Shown: piece by piece, positions 56,050-63,957 of the stretch
Layout: each line of letters starts with the position of its first letter
How positions within the stretch are numbered: position 1 is the first letter of the stretch
From: a virus
Direction: 5' to 3' (one strand)
Virus record (IMG/VR): IMGVR_UViG_3300046804_001132
Span: 1-64,000 of that record
Length of the DNA: 64,000 nucleotides
The notes under the pieces: generated by a model
The model's input: only the letters and a program-made list of their open reading frames with translations
Told to the model about the DNA's origin: nothing
Databases searched by the model: none
Position numbers and translations under genes: made by a program

Positions 56050-56328
56050 ATGTCATCATCATCAGTTATTCAAAATAATTTTACACTCTCCTCAGGAGAC
56101 TCAACACTCGTAAGCCTTGCTGGTTACGACACAGGAATGGATATAACAATTCAGAACCTTTCCAGCGGATATGTTTATCTTGGAACAAGCAACGTTACCA
56201 CATCATCTTTTGGATATCGCATTCCAGTAAATGGTGCATGGTCAGTTAAACTCAAGGGAAACGATGATTTGTATGCAATTGCTCAGAATGATAATTCAGA
56301 GATTTGCGTACTAATGGTTGGTGCATAA
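56050..56328 (+). CDS. Small beta-rich virion-like protein (leaderless)
   Basis: ITIQN...VYLG-SNVT-SSFGYRI...DDLYAI; ATG 6 nt after TGG-TATAAT. Confidence 0.55.
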   Translation: MSSSSVIQNNFTLSSGDSTLVSLAGYDTGMDITIQNLSSGYVYLGTSNVTTSSFGYRIPVNGAWSVKLKGNDDLYAIAQNDNSEICVLMVGA

Positions 56329-56330
56329 TT

Positions 56331-56693
56331 ATGGCTACATTTTATAATGCAACTGAAAGCATTAATGTTCATACCGTTGGAGAAAGCGAAAACATTACCG
56401 TTGGATCAGAGCATAACGGAACTATGTTTGTTTTCAATGGTGATTCCAACAATACACTTTACATTGGTGATTACACCGATGGGCACTATGTGGCAATAGG
56501 AACTGTTATCACAATCTGCACAGCACCATATGGCTCATGCTATCTAGACGTAAACAATGCTAACATTTGGGGTGCAGGATTTAATGATACTAGCAACAAC
56601 TGGTTCTTCCCATCAAACACAATTGGCACTCTTGTCAAGATAGATAATGGCAACACTTGGATGATCAGTGGAGCATCTTTGGGGATTGACTAA
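56331..56693 (+). CDS. Fibre-tip-like beta protein
   Basis: AIGTVITI...GTLVKID-NTWMISG, resembling the C-terminal module of phage fibres. Confidence 0.45.
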   Translation: MATFYNATESINVHTVGESENITVGSEHNGTMFVFNGDSNNTLYIGDYTDGHYVAIGTVITICTAPYGSCYLDVNNANIWGAGFNDTSNNWFFPSNTIGTLVKIDNGNTWMISGASLGID

Positions 56694-57274
56694 TGATTAA
56701 TCAACAGATGATCATTGGTTCCAGTTTCGTTTTTTCAAATTGGCCCACGGCAGTAGATCCTGGTGGAGCAGTTGAATCAATTTATGGTACTCCACAACTA
56801 GGATTTTGGAAGAGACATTATCCATACTACTTTGCTGACAATGTTCCTGGACTTATTGGCGCAACTCCAGATTCCTCTTCAGTAGATACTGTATTTAGTT
56901 TTAGTCAAAATGTTGCAAATAATTTTAGTTTAATGTGGACTGGATATCTTCAGGCTCCTGCAACTGGGGCATATAAATTTAAAACTGTTAGTGATGACTG
57001 TTCATATTTTTGGATTGGTACAGACTCCATAACAAACGTAGGTATATCAAATGCAGACGTTAATAACGGCGGTTTACATGGAACAACTGGTGTAGAATCT
57101 GTTACTCCTGTTCAACTTACTGGTGGACTATATTATCCAATCAGGGCAATGTTTGGAGAACAAGGTGGAGCGGAAACATTCTATATGGAATGGAACTATA
57201 ATAATACTTCATGGGTTCCATTCAACATGGACTATGCTCGTCATAATGCTGACAATACTTTTGACGGCTACTAA
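56693..57274 (+). CDS. PA14/GLEYA-like carbohydrate-binding protein
   Basis: NFSLMWTGYLQAPATGAYKFKTVSDD-SYFWIG...L-GGLYYPIR-MFGEQGG. Confidence 0.75.
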   Translation: MINQQMIIGSSFVFSNWPTAVDPGGAVESIYGTPQLGFWKRHYPYYFADNVPGLIGATPDSSSVDTVFSFSQNVANNFSLMWTGYLQAPATGAYKFKTVSDDCSYFWIGTDSITNVGISNADVNNGGLHGTTGVESVTPVQLTGGLYYPIRAMFGEQGGAETFYMEWNYNNTSWVPFNMDYARHNADNTFDGY

Positions 57275-57295
57275 TTATAGTGCTATAATTTAATC

Positions 57296-58036
57296 GTGAA
57301 CCTATATGACATGTTGGCGCAGCCAGAAAAAGAATTTCATGATTCCCTTGTTAATATTGCAAAAAAGTATGGTCCAATAGACCAAAATCATTCTGGCATT
57401 TGGGTAGGGTATGTCCCAGCAGAACAAAATGAGGATGCTGAAATTGGCGTGATGTGCTGCAACTGTTCAATGTATATGGATAATGGTGGGTGCATGATTC
57501 TTTCATACAAGGTACAAGAGGCAGCCGTTTGTAGGCTTGCCGCAATCCCAGATGAACTTGTTAAGCCAGAGGTAGATGAAGTGACAAAGCAGGCTCCCTG
57601 TTGGGATGGATATGTTCAAAGAGGAATGAAGCCTGGTAAAAATGGACAAATGGTTCCTAACTGTGTTCCTGTCACAAATAAGGCAGATGATGGTCACTAT
57701 CCAAATGCTGGCATGAAGGCTGCTGCTCGTAGGGCAATTGCTTGGAAAGAGCAGGGTAAGGCAAACGGAGCAGGTACTCCAGTAGGATGGACAAGAGCAC
57801 ATCAAATTGTAAATGGAGAAAGACTGTCTCTTGATACAGTAAAGAGAATGTATTCCTTCTTCTCTAGGCATGAGGTTGACAAAAAGGGTAAGGACTGGAA
57901 TAATAGTTCTAATCCCTCTAATGGAAGAATCATGTGGGAAGCATGGGGTGGCGATGCAGGATTTGCATGGTCACGATCAATTGTAAATAAAGAAGAAGCC
58001 AAGAAGGTTTGGCAAGACTCACCATTCTCAAGATAA
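57296..58036 (+). CDS. Multi-module protein with C-terminal tag (candidate internal head protein)
   Basis: Cys cluster, PCWDGY...VPNCVP module, helical GTPVG...RMYSFFSRH...WGGDAG module; ends AKKVWQDSPFSR; leaderless GTG after TGC-TATAAT. Confidence 0.7.
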   Translation: MNLYDMLAQPEKEFHDSLVNIAKKYGPIDQNHSGIWVGYVPAEQNEDAEIGVMCCNCSMYMDNGGCMILSYKVQEAAVCRLAAIPDELVKPEVDEVTKQAPCWDGYVQRGMKPGKNGQMVPNCVPVTNKADDGHYPNAGMKAAARRAIAWKEQGKANGAGTPVGWTRAHQIVNGERLSLDTVKRMYSFFSRHEVDKKGKDWNNSSNPSNGRIMWEAWGGDAGFAWSRSIVNKEEAKKVWQDSPFSR

Positions 58037-58041
58037 TCAAT

Positions 58042-58113
58042 TGGTGTGTAGCACAACGGCAGTGCATTCGACTGTTAATCGAACGGTTGCTGGTTCGAAT
58101 CCAGCCACACCAG
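58042..58113 (+). tRNA. tRNA-Asn (GTT)
   Basis: TGGTGTG/CACACCA, TTCGA-CTGTTAA-TCGAA, GCTGG-TTCGAAT-CCAGC. Confidence 0.88.
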
Positions 58114-58116
58114 CAA

Positions 58117-58145
58117 TTGACACCACAAAATCTTTCCGCTATAAT
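58117..58145 (+). promoter_or_regulatory. Consensus sigma70/SigA promoter
   Basis: TTGACA-17 nt-TATAAT. Confidence 0.8.
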
Positions 58146-58184
58146 AGTGCCACGGAAACTGGCGCACTGAGATACGGAGTAATT

Positions 58185-58373
58185 ATGGCAAGGCGAAAGA
58201 AGGAAGATCTAATCTCCTATCCATATACCCCAGAAATACAACTAGAATATCCATCAGGTTGGTGTATGACTAACTATCATGATGGATGTAGATATCAATT
58301 TAATCACGGCAAGTGTGGATGCGAATGCCACAAGACAGAATCAGATCCTAGACCTTGGAGACAACATGAGTAA
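58185..58373 (+). CDS. Small Cys/His protein
   Basis: GGAG RBS; SGWCMT-YH-GC...CGCECH. Confidence 0.55.
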   Translation: MARRKKEDLISYPYTPEIQLEYPSGWCMTNYHDGCRYQFNHGKCGCECHKTESDPRPWRQHE

Positions 58374-58737
58374 CAATCTTTACATGACCACAGAAGATTT
58401 TGCACATCTAGTAGTTGATGCACTTGATGCACATAATTATTTTAAGAAGGGTAGTCTGGCTCATCCAGAAGATATTTCCATTGCATTTGCTACGGTTTCA
58501 GAAACTATTGGCGTTGCAATGAGTTGGGCCATTAGCAAGGATGTTGAGGCCAAGAAGAAGCAGGCCATGATGGAGACAACAACGTTGGCTAAGAATTACG
58601 CCAATAATGCAACCTATCATAGAAGCACCGTTCTTCCTATGGATGAAGAGATTGCTCCTGCTTTGCTAGAAGAAGGAGAATCGCTTGTTGCCAGTTCAAA
58701 TGGCATGGGTTATTCAGAGTGGAAGAAGAATAGGTAA
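58366..58737 (+). CDS. Hypothetical protein
   Basis: GGAG RBS before MSNNLY. Confidence 0.55.
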   Translation: MSNNLYMTTEDFAHLVVDALDAHNYFKKGSLAHPEDISIAFATVSETIGVAMSWAISKDVEAKKKQAMMETTTLAKNYANNATYHRSTVLPMDEEIAPALLEEGESLVASSNGMGYSEWKKNR

Positions 58738-59006
58738 TGTCTTATAGCAGATGGGGGTGGGAGGGTAGCGATCTTTATATCTACATGGATGTTAATGGTT
58801 ATCTTCACTGTGCTGCCTGCCCCCTCATGCCTATTGCAGAAAATGCAAAGATAAAGATGAACGAGTCATTTTATGCTTATAGCACAATGGAAATGATTGA
58901 TCATCTTGGAGAACACATGGATGCTGGACATAATTTTCCAGATAGTGTTATTCCTGATATACTTTCCGACCATGAAAGAAATTTTGGAGCAAGTAATGAA
59001 ACTTGA
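58737..59006 (+). CDS. Hypothetical zinc-binding protein
   Basis: MSYSRW...SDLYIY...CAAC...HL-EH-DAGH. Confidence 0.55.
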   Translation: MSYSRWGWEGSDLYIYMDVNGYLHCAACPLMPIAENAKIKMNESFYAYSTMEMIDHLGEHMDAGHNFPDSVIPDILSDHERNFGASNET

Positions 59007-59157
59007 TTTTGTTGATTGGATCAACTATGGAATTGACATGGGCTGGTGTACTACTATTTATTGTGATACACACGATGGTCCACAACTAACAGAGGATGAG
59101 GCAAAAGAGTGGGATGAGGGTGGAGATCCCTGCTATCCAGTAGTGAGGATTTGGTAA
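58996..59157 (+). CDS. Hypothetical protein
   Basis: W-YG-GWC...C-THDG...GGDPC-VVR motif. Confidence 0.55.
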   Translation: MKLDFVDWINYGIDMGWCTTIYCDTHDGPQLTEDEAKEWDEGGDPCYPVVRIW

Positions 59158-59339
59158 TGCCTATCTATACTTATATGTGTGCTAATTGTGGAGAAAAAGA
59201 AATACAGCAAAGCATTTTAGATCATCGTCTTGATAAATGTCCTGACTGTAATACCACGAAGTTTAAGAAAGTAATCTGTCCAGCAAATGTCTCATTCAAG
59301 GGGCCTGGATTTTATTCAACTGACAGTAAAGGCAAGTGA
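59157..59339 (+). CDS. FmdB-family zinc-ribbon protein
   Basis: MPIYTYMCANCG...CPDC...FKGPGFYSTD. Confidence 0.8.
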   Translation: MPIYTYMCANCGEKEIQQSILDHRLDKCPDCNTTKFKKVICPANVSFKGPGFYSTDSKGK

Positions 59340-60376
59340 TGATTCAATACAACAAGACTGCACTTTGTTTTGATGATATTCTTCTAGTTCCCAAAGAAAG
59401 TAAGATAAAGTCTCGTCATGATGTAGGACTTACCATGATCATTGGTGAGGAACATAAGATAGTTCTTAAGTTCCCTGTCATTGCTGCGCCTATGGATACC
59501 GTCTGCGATATACAGATGTGCAGGGCTATTTCTGATGCTGGTGGTCTTGGAATTCTTCATCGTTATATGTCGTATGAAAATCAGACTGCTAAGGCTAAAT
59601 TGCTTGCTGATGCTGAATTTAATTTTGGTGTTGCTATTGCATCCAATAATGGATTTATGGAGCAGGCACAAAAACTTTATGATGTTGGTACTCGCATTTT
59701 TCTTGTAGATACCGCTAACGGTCATGGAGATTATGCTGTTGCCGCTGTTGCTGAATTGCGAGATAAGTTTAATGATATCCACATTATGGCAGGCAACGTT
59801 GCAACTGCACAAGGTTTTGCAAAACTATCTGCCGCAGGCGCAGACTCTATTCGTGTTGGTATTGGTGGGGGTAGCGCATGTACAACTAGATTAGTTAGTG
59901 GTCATGGTGTCCCAACTCTTGCTTCAATAATTGACGTAGAAGAATGGAGAGAGACAACTTCAATTTATCGTACATCTATTATTGCTGACGGAGGTATTCG
60001 TAATAGCGGTGATATGGTCAAGGCTTTTGCAGCAGGAGCAGATGCAGTTATGGTTGGCTCAATGTTAGCAGGCACAGATGAATCTCCAGGAGAAGTCATC
60101 TATGATGCTCAGGGAAATCCATCAAAGCGTTTTCGTGGTATGGCTTCTGCTGATGCTCAGATAGATGCTACAGGAAAGATATCAGTATCTGAAGGCATCT
60201 CTACTACGGTTCCATATAAAAGAACAGTTAAGCACATCTTTGATCAAATTCGCGGCGGTCTAGGAAGTGGCTGCTCATATTCTGGAGTACAAAGTCTATC
60301 TAAACTATCTTATTCTGCTGAGTATGTTGAAGTAACTCAAGCATCTCTCAATGAATCAAGGCCACATGCATTATGA
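59336..60376 (+). CDS. IMP dehydrogenase / GMP reductase family enzyme, no CBS domains
   Basis: [37 protein letters not shown] catalytic Cys loop, IIADGGI, FRGMAS. Confidence 0.88.
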   Translation: MMIQYNKTALCFDDILLVPKESKIKSRHDVGLTMIIGEEHKIVLKFPVIAAPMDTVCDIQMCRAISDAGGLGILHRYMSYENQTAKAKLLADAEFNFGVAIASNNGFMEQAQKLYDVGTRIFLVDTANGHGDYAVAAVAELRDKFNDIHIMAGNVATAQGFAKLSAAGADSIRVGIGGGSACTTRLVSGHGVPTLASIIDVEEWRETTSIYRTSIIADGGIRNSGDMVKAFAAGADAVMVGSMLAGTDESPGEVIYDAQGNPSKRFRGMASADAQIDATGKISVSEGISTTVPYKRTVKHIFDQIRGGLGSGCSYSGVQSLSKLSYSAEYVEVTQASLNESRPHAL

Positions 60377-60615
60377 GTCATTCAGCATGGTGGTGGTCAT
60401 GGCTTCTCATGATCGTCGGAGTCACAGGTCTTTACTTTTCTGGTAAACAGAAATGGTGGGGTTGGTTAATTGGATTGCTTTCTGAGATCCTGTGGATGAT
60501 TTATGCAGTCGTTACAGAACAGTATGGGTTTATTGTTTTTGCGCTGGTATATGCGTTAGTATTTATAAAGAATTCATATTACTGGTATAAGAATCAAAGC
60601 CAAAATATGTTATAA
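60373..60615 (+). CDS. Three-helix PnuC-like membrane protein
   Basis: 80 aa, three hydrophobic helices, WWGWLIGL...LWMIYA...QYGF. Confidence 0.55.
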   Translation: MSHSAWWWSWLLMIVGVTGLYFSGKQKWWGWLIGLLSEILWMIYAVVTEQYGFIVFALVYALVFIKNSYYWYKNQSQNML

Positions 60616-60622
60616 TCATTGT

Positions 60623-62092
60623 ATGACAGATACATTCATTCCCCCAGCGCACATCCCCCCAAGAATTGGGGAGCAACCAAGTTCTCTCATTGTCGCAAAG
60701 CACAAGTCCTTTGCTGGCGATGCTATTACCGTTCGTAATCCTTCTGGTCAAGCAGTTGTTGACTACGTTAGCGATGGAGTCCATCTTTCCAGAGCGGGAG
60801 ATCAAGGACTCATTAATATTCTTGAAGAAACAAGTTGGCACAATAATACCAGCCCAGCAAATACCTCATGGAATGCTGATGGTTGGGAGGATCTTCACCT
60901 CCTTGATACCAGAAACTGGACAAATTTTAGAAGTGCTTTAAATAATCACATTGGAGAAAATATAATCAACAACGGTTACAAGTTGATTATGCGTGATAAC
61001 ACCACTGGCAAGTATTACAAGATGCAGTTCCATTTCTGGCAAGCAGGTGGAAATTATGGTGGAGATGCCCATAATAACTGGACCACAGAAAATGGTGGAT
61101 TCTCATACACTCGTCAAGAAATCTTCATGAGTGAGTCACTTTCATTCGTTCACGCTCAGGCTGGAGATCCAGGCGATCAACTATCAGAAACCGTAACAAT
61201 CGTTAGAGGCGAGGCTGGTGGAATTTATAACTCTGTTCAAGAGGAGCAATGGGACCCAGCAGTTAGCCCCGCAGGTGTTCTTTGGAATACCGAAGGATGG
61301 GATGATCTTGCAAACATTACAATACGAGAATATCATCCACTTTATGCCGTAACTGGTCAACTTGGAAATAACATTGAGAACAAGGAATACGTCATGTATG
61401 ACGTAGCAGCCGATGAATACTACCAAGTCAAGTTCTATGACTGGGGTAGCGACAATGGAGGATCTTTCTCATATGTAAGAACCAAGTTAAATAAGTGGGC
61501 AAGCCCCGAAGGTATTCAATTTGGTGACGGATCAGTTCAGGTTGATGCCGCTGGTGAAGGTCTTAACAAGATTAAGGCTGAGTACTGGGGATACCCAGAC
61601 CATACCGTCCAAATCAAGAATGCCAAGGACAATGATGCCATTGCTCTTGCTTCAACATCACGCTCCATTGTTCGCTGGCAGGCCAGAGAAGAGGCTCAGG
61701 GAGTTGAGATTGAGGCTTTGATCAGCGTTACAGATATCGGAGGCGGTGAATGGGAAGTTAAGTTCAGCGTAAATCCAGATAGAGTAATGCTTAATGATTA
61801 TGTCTACTATGTAAATAATGCTGGAGACTTCAATGGAGAATGGTATTCAACCAGTGGAGGAGAAGGAACAGTCACTCTAATTTATGACTACTCACCAGAA
61901 GGAGATCCAACAGGAGGCAGAATTGGTGGACCTTCTAGATACAGTCAAGTAGAAGCAACTGAAAGCGCACTATACATCAAGACTGCACAATGGGACCCAG
62001 ATGAGACACATCAGTATTTCTGGGAGTTCATGCATGATGGTGGACTTAGGTTCCCCAACGGCACTGTTCAATACTCAGCATGGGAAGGCTAA
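60623..62092 (+). CDS. Virion-like protein with a tandem internal domain repeat
   Basis: Two copies of SPA--WN-GW-DL...G-NI...M-D...YY--F-W...GG-FSY-R; fibre-type GIQFGDGSVQ and GLRFPNGTVQ motifs; leaderless start. Confidence 0.55.
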   Translation: MTDTFIPPAHIPPRIGEQPSSLIVAKHKSFAGDAITVRNPSGQAVVDYVSDGVHLSRAGDQGLINILEETSWHNNTSPANTSWNADGWEDLHLLDTRNWTNFRSALNNHIGENIINNGYKLIMRDNTTGKYYKMQFHFWQAGGNYGGDAHNNWTTENGGFSYTRQEIFMSESLSFVHAQAGDPGDQLSETVTIVRGEAGGIYNSVQEEQWDPAVSPAGVLWNTEGWDDLANITIREYHPLYAVTGQLGNNIENKEYVMYDVAADEYYQVKFYDWGSDNGGSFSYVRTKLNKWASPEGIQFGDGSVQVDAAGEGLNKIKAEYWGYPDHTVQIKNAKDNDAIALASTSRSIVRWQAREEAQGVEIEALISVTDIGGGEWEVKFSVNPDRVMLNDYVYYVNNAGDFNGEWYSTSGGEGTVTLIYDYSPEGDPTGGRIGGPSRYSQVEATESALYIKTAQWDPDETHQYFWEFMHDGGLRFPNGTVQYSAWEG

Positions 62093-62108
62093 TAAAATAG
62101 TTTATAGT

Positions 62109-62145
62109 GAGGGGCGGCAGAGAAATCTGTCGCCTCTTTCTATTT
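62109..62145 (+). terminator. Rho-independent terminator
   Basis: GGGGCGGCAGA-GAAA-TCTGTCGCCTC-TTTC. Confidence 0.75.
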
Positions 62146-62181
62146 ATTGACCAAACATATTTCATGCACTATAATTGATGC

Positions 62182-62394
62182 ATGACACATAAGAATCCAG
62201 ATCCACTGTGCCCCACGCTTATTCCAGATGGTTGGCACTATGACTATTGCACTACCTGTTCTGATTACAAGAACATTAGACAAGATGAGCGAAACAACAT
62301 TGCTATCGTAATACAGGATTATTTTAAGGGTGTACCATCTTTAAACAAGGTTCATGTAGATGCGCTTGTGAATAGCATCGTAAACCCCTCTTGA
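62182..62394 (+). CDS. Small Cys protein (DPLCP family), leaderless
   Basis: TTGACC-17-TATAAT (62147-62175), ATG 6 nt later. Confidence 0.55.
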   Translation: MTHKNPDPLCPTLIPDGWHYDYCTTCSDYKNIRQDERNNIAIVIQDYFKGVPSLNKVHVDALVNSIVNPS

Positions 62395-62448
62395 CAGTAA
62401 AGATTTTTTGCGGTAATATTGGTCGCAACGAACTCATTTAGGAGAGAC

Positions 62449-63519
62449 ATGACGCAATGGATTCCGCTTCAGCGTAAGGACAAGCCTTCTATCTCTATGG
62501 TTGAGATGGATGAGATTACATCTAGGCTTATTCTTCCATTTGACTATGCCTCCGATGGGACTGAAAAGTTTTATCCATATGAGGTTCCTGCTGATCTTCC
62601 CTTGAATTGGGGCATTGGCGTAATTGTTGGTGCAAGCGGCACAGGCAAGTCTACGATGCTTAAAAATTTTGGTACTGTCTGCACACCCCAATGGAATAAT
62701 ATGGCCTCCATTGCCTCTCATTTTGATTCTGCGGAGGATGCTAGCGAGCGTCTAGCGGCGGCAGGGCTAATGAGTATTCCAGAATGGGTAAAGCCATACG
62801 ATGTTCTTAGCACAGGACAGAAGTTCCGTGCTGATCTAGCAAGGAGTATTAAGAATAATGCTGTTATTGACGAGTTTACTAGTGTTGTTGATCGCAATGT
62901 CGCTATGGCAGCGTCAACAGCATTGGCAAGATACGTTAGAAAGAACAATATATCTGGTATTGTTCTGGCTACTTGTCACAGGGATGTTTTGGATTTTCTT
63001 CAACCTGACTGGGTTATAGATACTGATAAGGGTGCTTGGACTACTTCTAAGGAGTGGCAAAGGCGACCTCAAATGGATCTCACAATTTATCCGTGCGACT
63101 ACTCCCTTTGGGGCTACTTCTCTAAGTATCACTACCTCACAGGAAACATCAACAGATCAGCACATTGTTATGTTGGGATCTGGGAAGGACAACTAGTTGC
63201 GTTCAATTCATGCATCACAGCGCCCAACGGTAATTATAAGAATGCTTACCGTGGTCACAGACTTGTTGTTCACCCTGACTATCAAGGCTTTGGCTTTGGT
63301 CCAAAGATTTCAGAGGCTGTTGCACAACATTATGTGGATAACGGAAAGCGTTATTTCGCCAAGACTGCTCATCCCAGACTCGGCGGGTACAGGGATAGCA
63401 GCCCTCTGTGGAAGCCTACTAGTAAGAATCACATGAAACGTAAAGATGGTGCAGGTAATACACGATGGGAAATCAATTCGGAAAGGTGGACATTCAGCCA
63501 TGAGTACATCGGAAAATAA
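62449..63519 (+). CDS. ABC-type ATPase fused to a GNAT acetyltransferase
   Basis: GASGTGKS Walker A, LSTGQ signature, IDEFTS Walker B, ATCH His-loop; RLVVHPDYQGFGFG acetyl-CoA motif; promoter TTGACA-17-TAATAT (62391-62419) and AGGAG RBS. Confidence 0.85.
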   Translation: MTQWIPLQRKDKPSISMVEMDEITSRLILPFDYASDGTEKFYPYEVPADLPLNWGIGVIVGASGTGKSTMLKNFGTVCTPQWNNMASIASHFDSAEDASERLAAAGLMSIPEWVKPYDVLSTGQKFRADLARSIKNNAVIDEFTSVVDRNVAMAASTALARYVRKNNISGIVLATCHRDVLDFLQPDWVIDTDKGAWTTSKEWQRRPQMDLTIYPCDYSLWGYFSKYHYLTGNINRSAHCYVGIWEGQLVAFNSCITAPNGNYKNAYRGHRLVVHPDYQGFGFGPKISEAVAQHYVDNGKRYFAKTAHPRLGGYRDSSPLWKPTSKNHMKRKDGAGNTRWEINSERWTFSHEYIGK

Positions 63520-63769
63520 TGGTGCCGTAAGGCATATAGAAGGTTGTCCATGCAACAATGCTGATGAGCGTGGATGTTTTCTTATTAGTGCAAATACAAA
63601 CAAATGTGTTTCGTGTACATGTCACGAAGATATAAAGTGGCAAACACATTACATGCTGTGCTTGGCTAAAAATCAGTGTCCTTATTCAGGTCTTGGTGGT
63701 CCTGAATGTAAGTCTTGGCTTTGTGATTGTTTTGAATTTGAAGATATTTGGGGGGTGAGTCAGAAATGA
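63500..63769 (+). CDS. Cys-rich hypothetical protein
   Basis: Many Cys pairs; overlaps the upstream stop. Confidence 0.45.
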   Translation: MSTSENNGAVRHIEGCPCNNADERGCFLISANTNKCVSCTCHEDIKWQTHYMLCLAKNQCPYSGLGGPECKSWLCDCFEFEDIWGVSQK

Positions 63770-63957
63770 AAGGTCACGATGGACTATGCCCAACTCCTAA
63801 TCCACAATTGATTGATGCAAAGAATTGCGCTTATTGCAATATCATTGCTAATGTCAAGGATCACTACAAGGAAAAGGGTAAGGGAAGTAAGACATATGAA
63901 GAAGGTTATCATGATGGTTGGAATGCAGCCATTGACAAGTTAAAGGAGTTAGCATGA
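63766..63957 (+). CDS. Small Cys protein (HDGLCP family)
   Basis: HDGLCP...CAYC...YEEGYHDGW. Confidence 0.5.
   Translation: MKGHDGLCPTPNPQLIDAKNCAYCNIIANVKDHYKEKGKGSKTYEEGYHDGWNAAIDKLKELA

Noticed and set aside
54208-58184. ORFs or ORF extensions running through tRNA genes (54208-54339, 54850-55068, 55818-56042, 58041-58184)
   Set aside because: These are translations of tRNA sequence; real starts lie downstream with an RBS or promoter.
1590-63603. All minus-strand ORFs in the six-frame track
   Set aside because: They lie antisense to well-supported + strand genes or tRNAs, have no recognisable motifs or RBS, and read as shadow frames.
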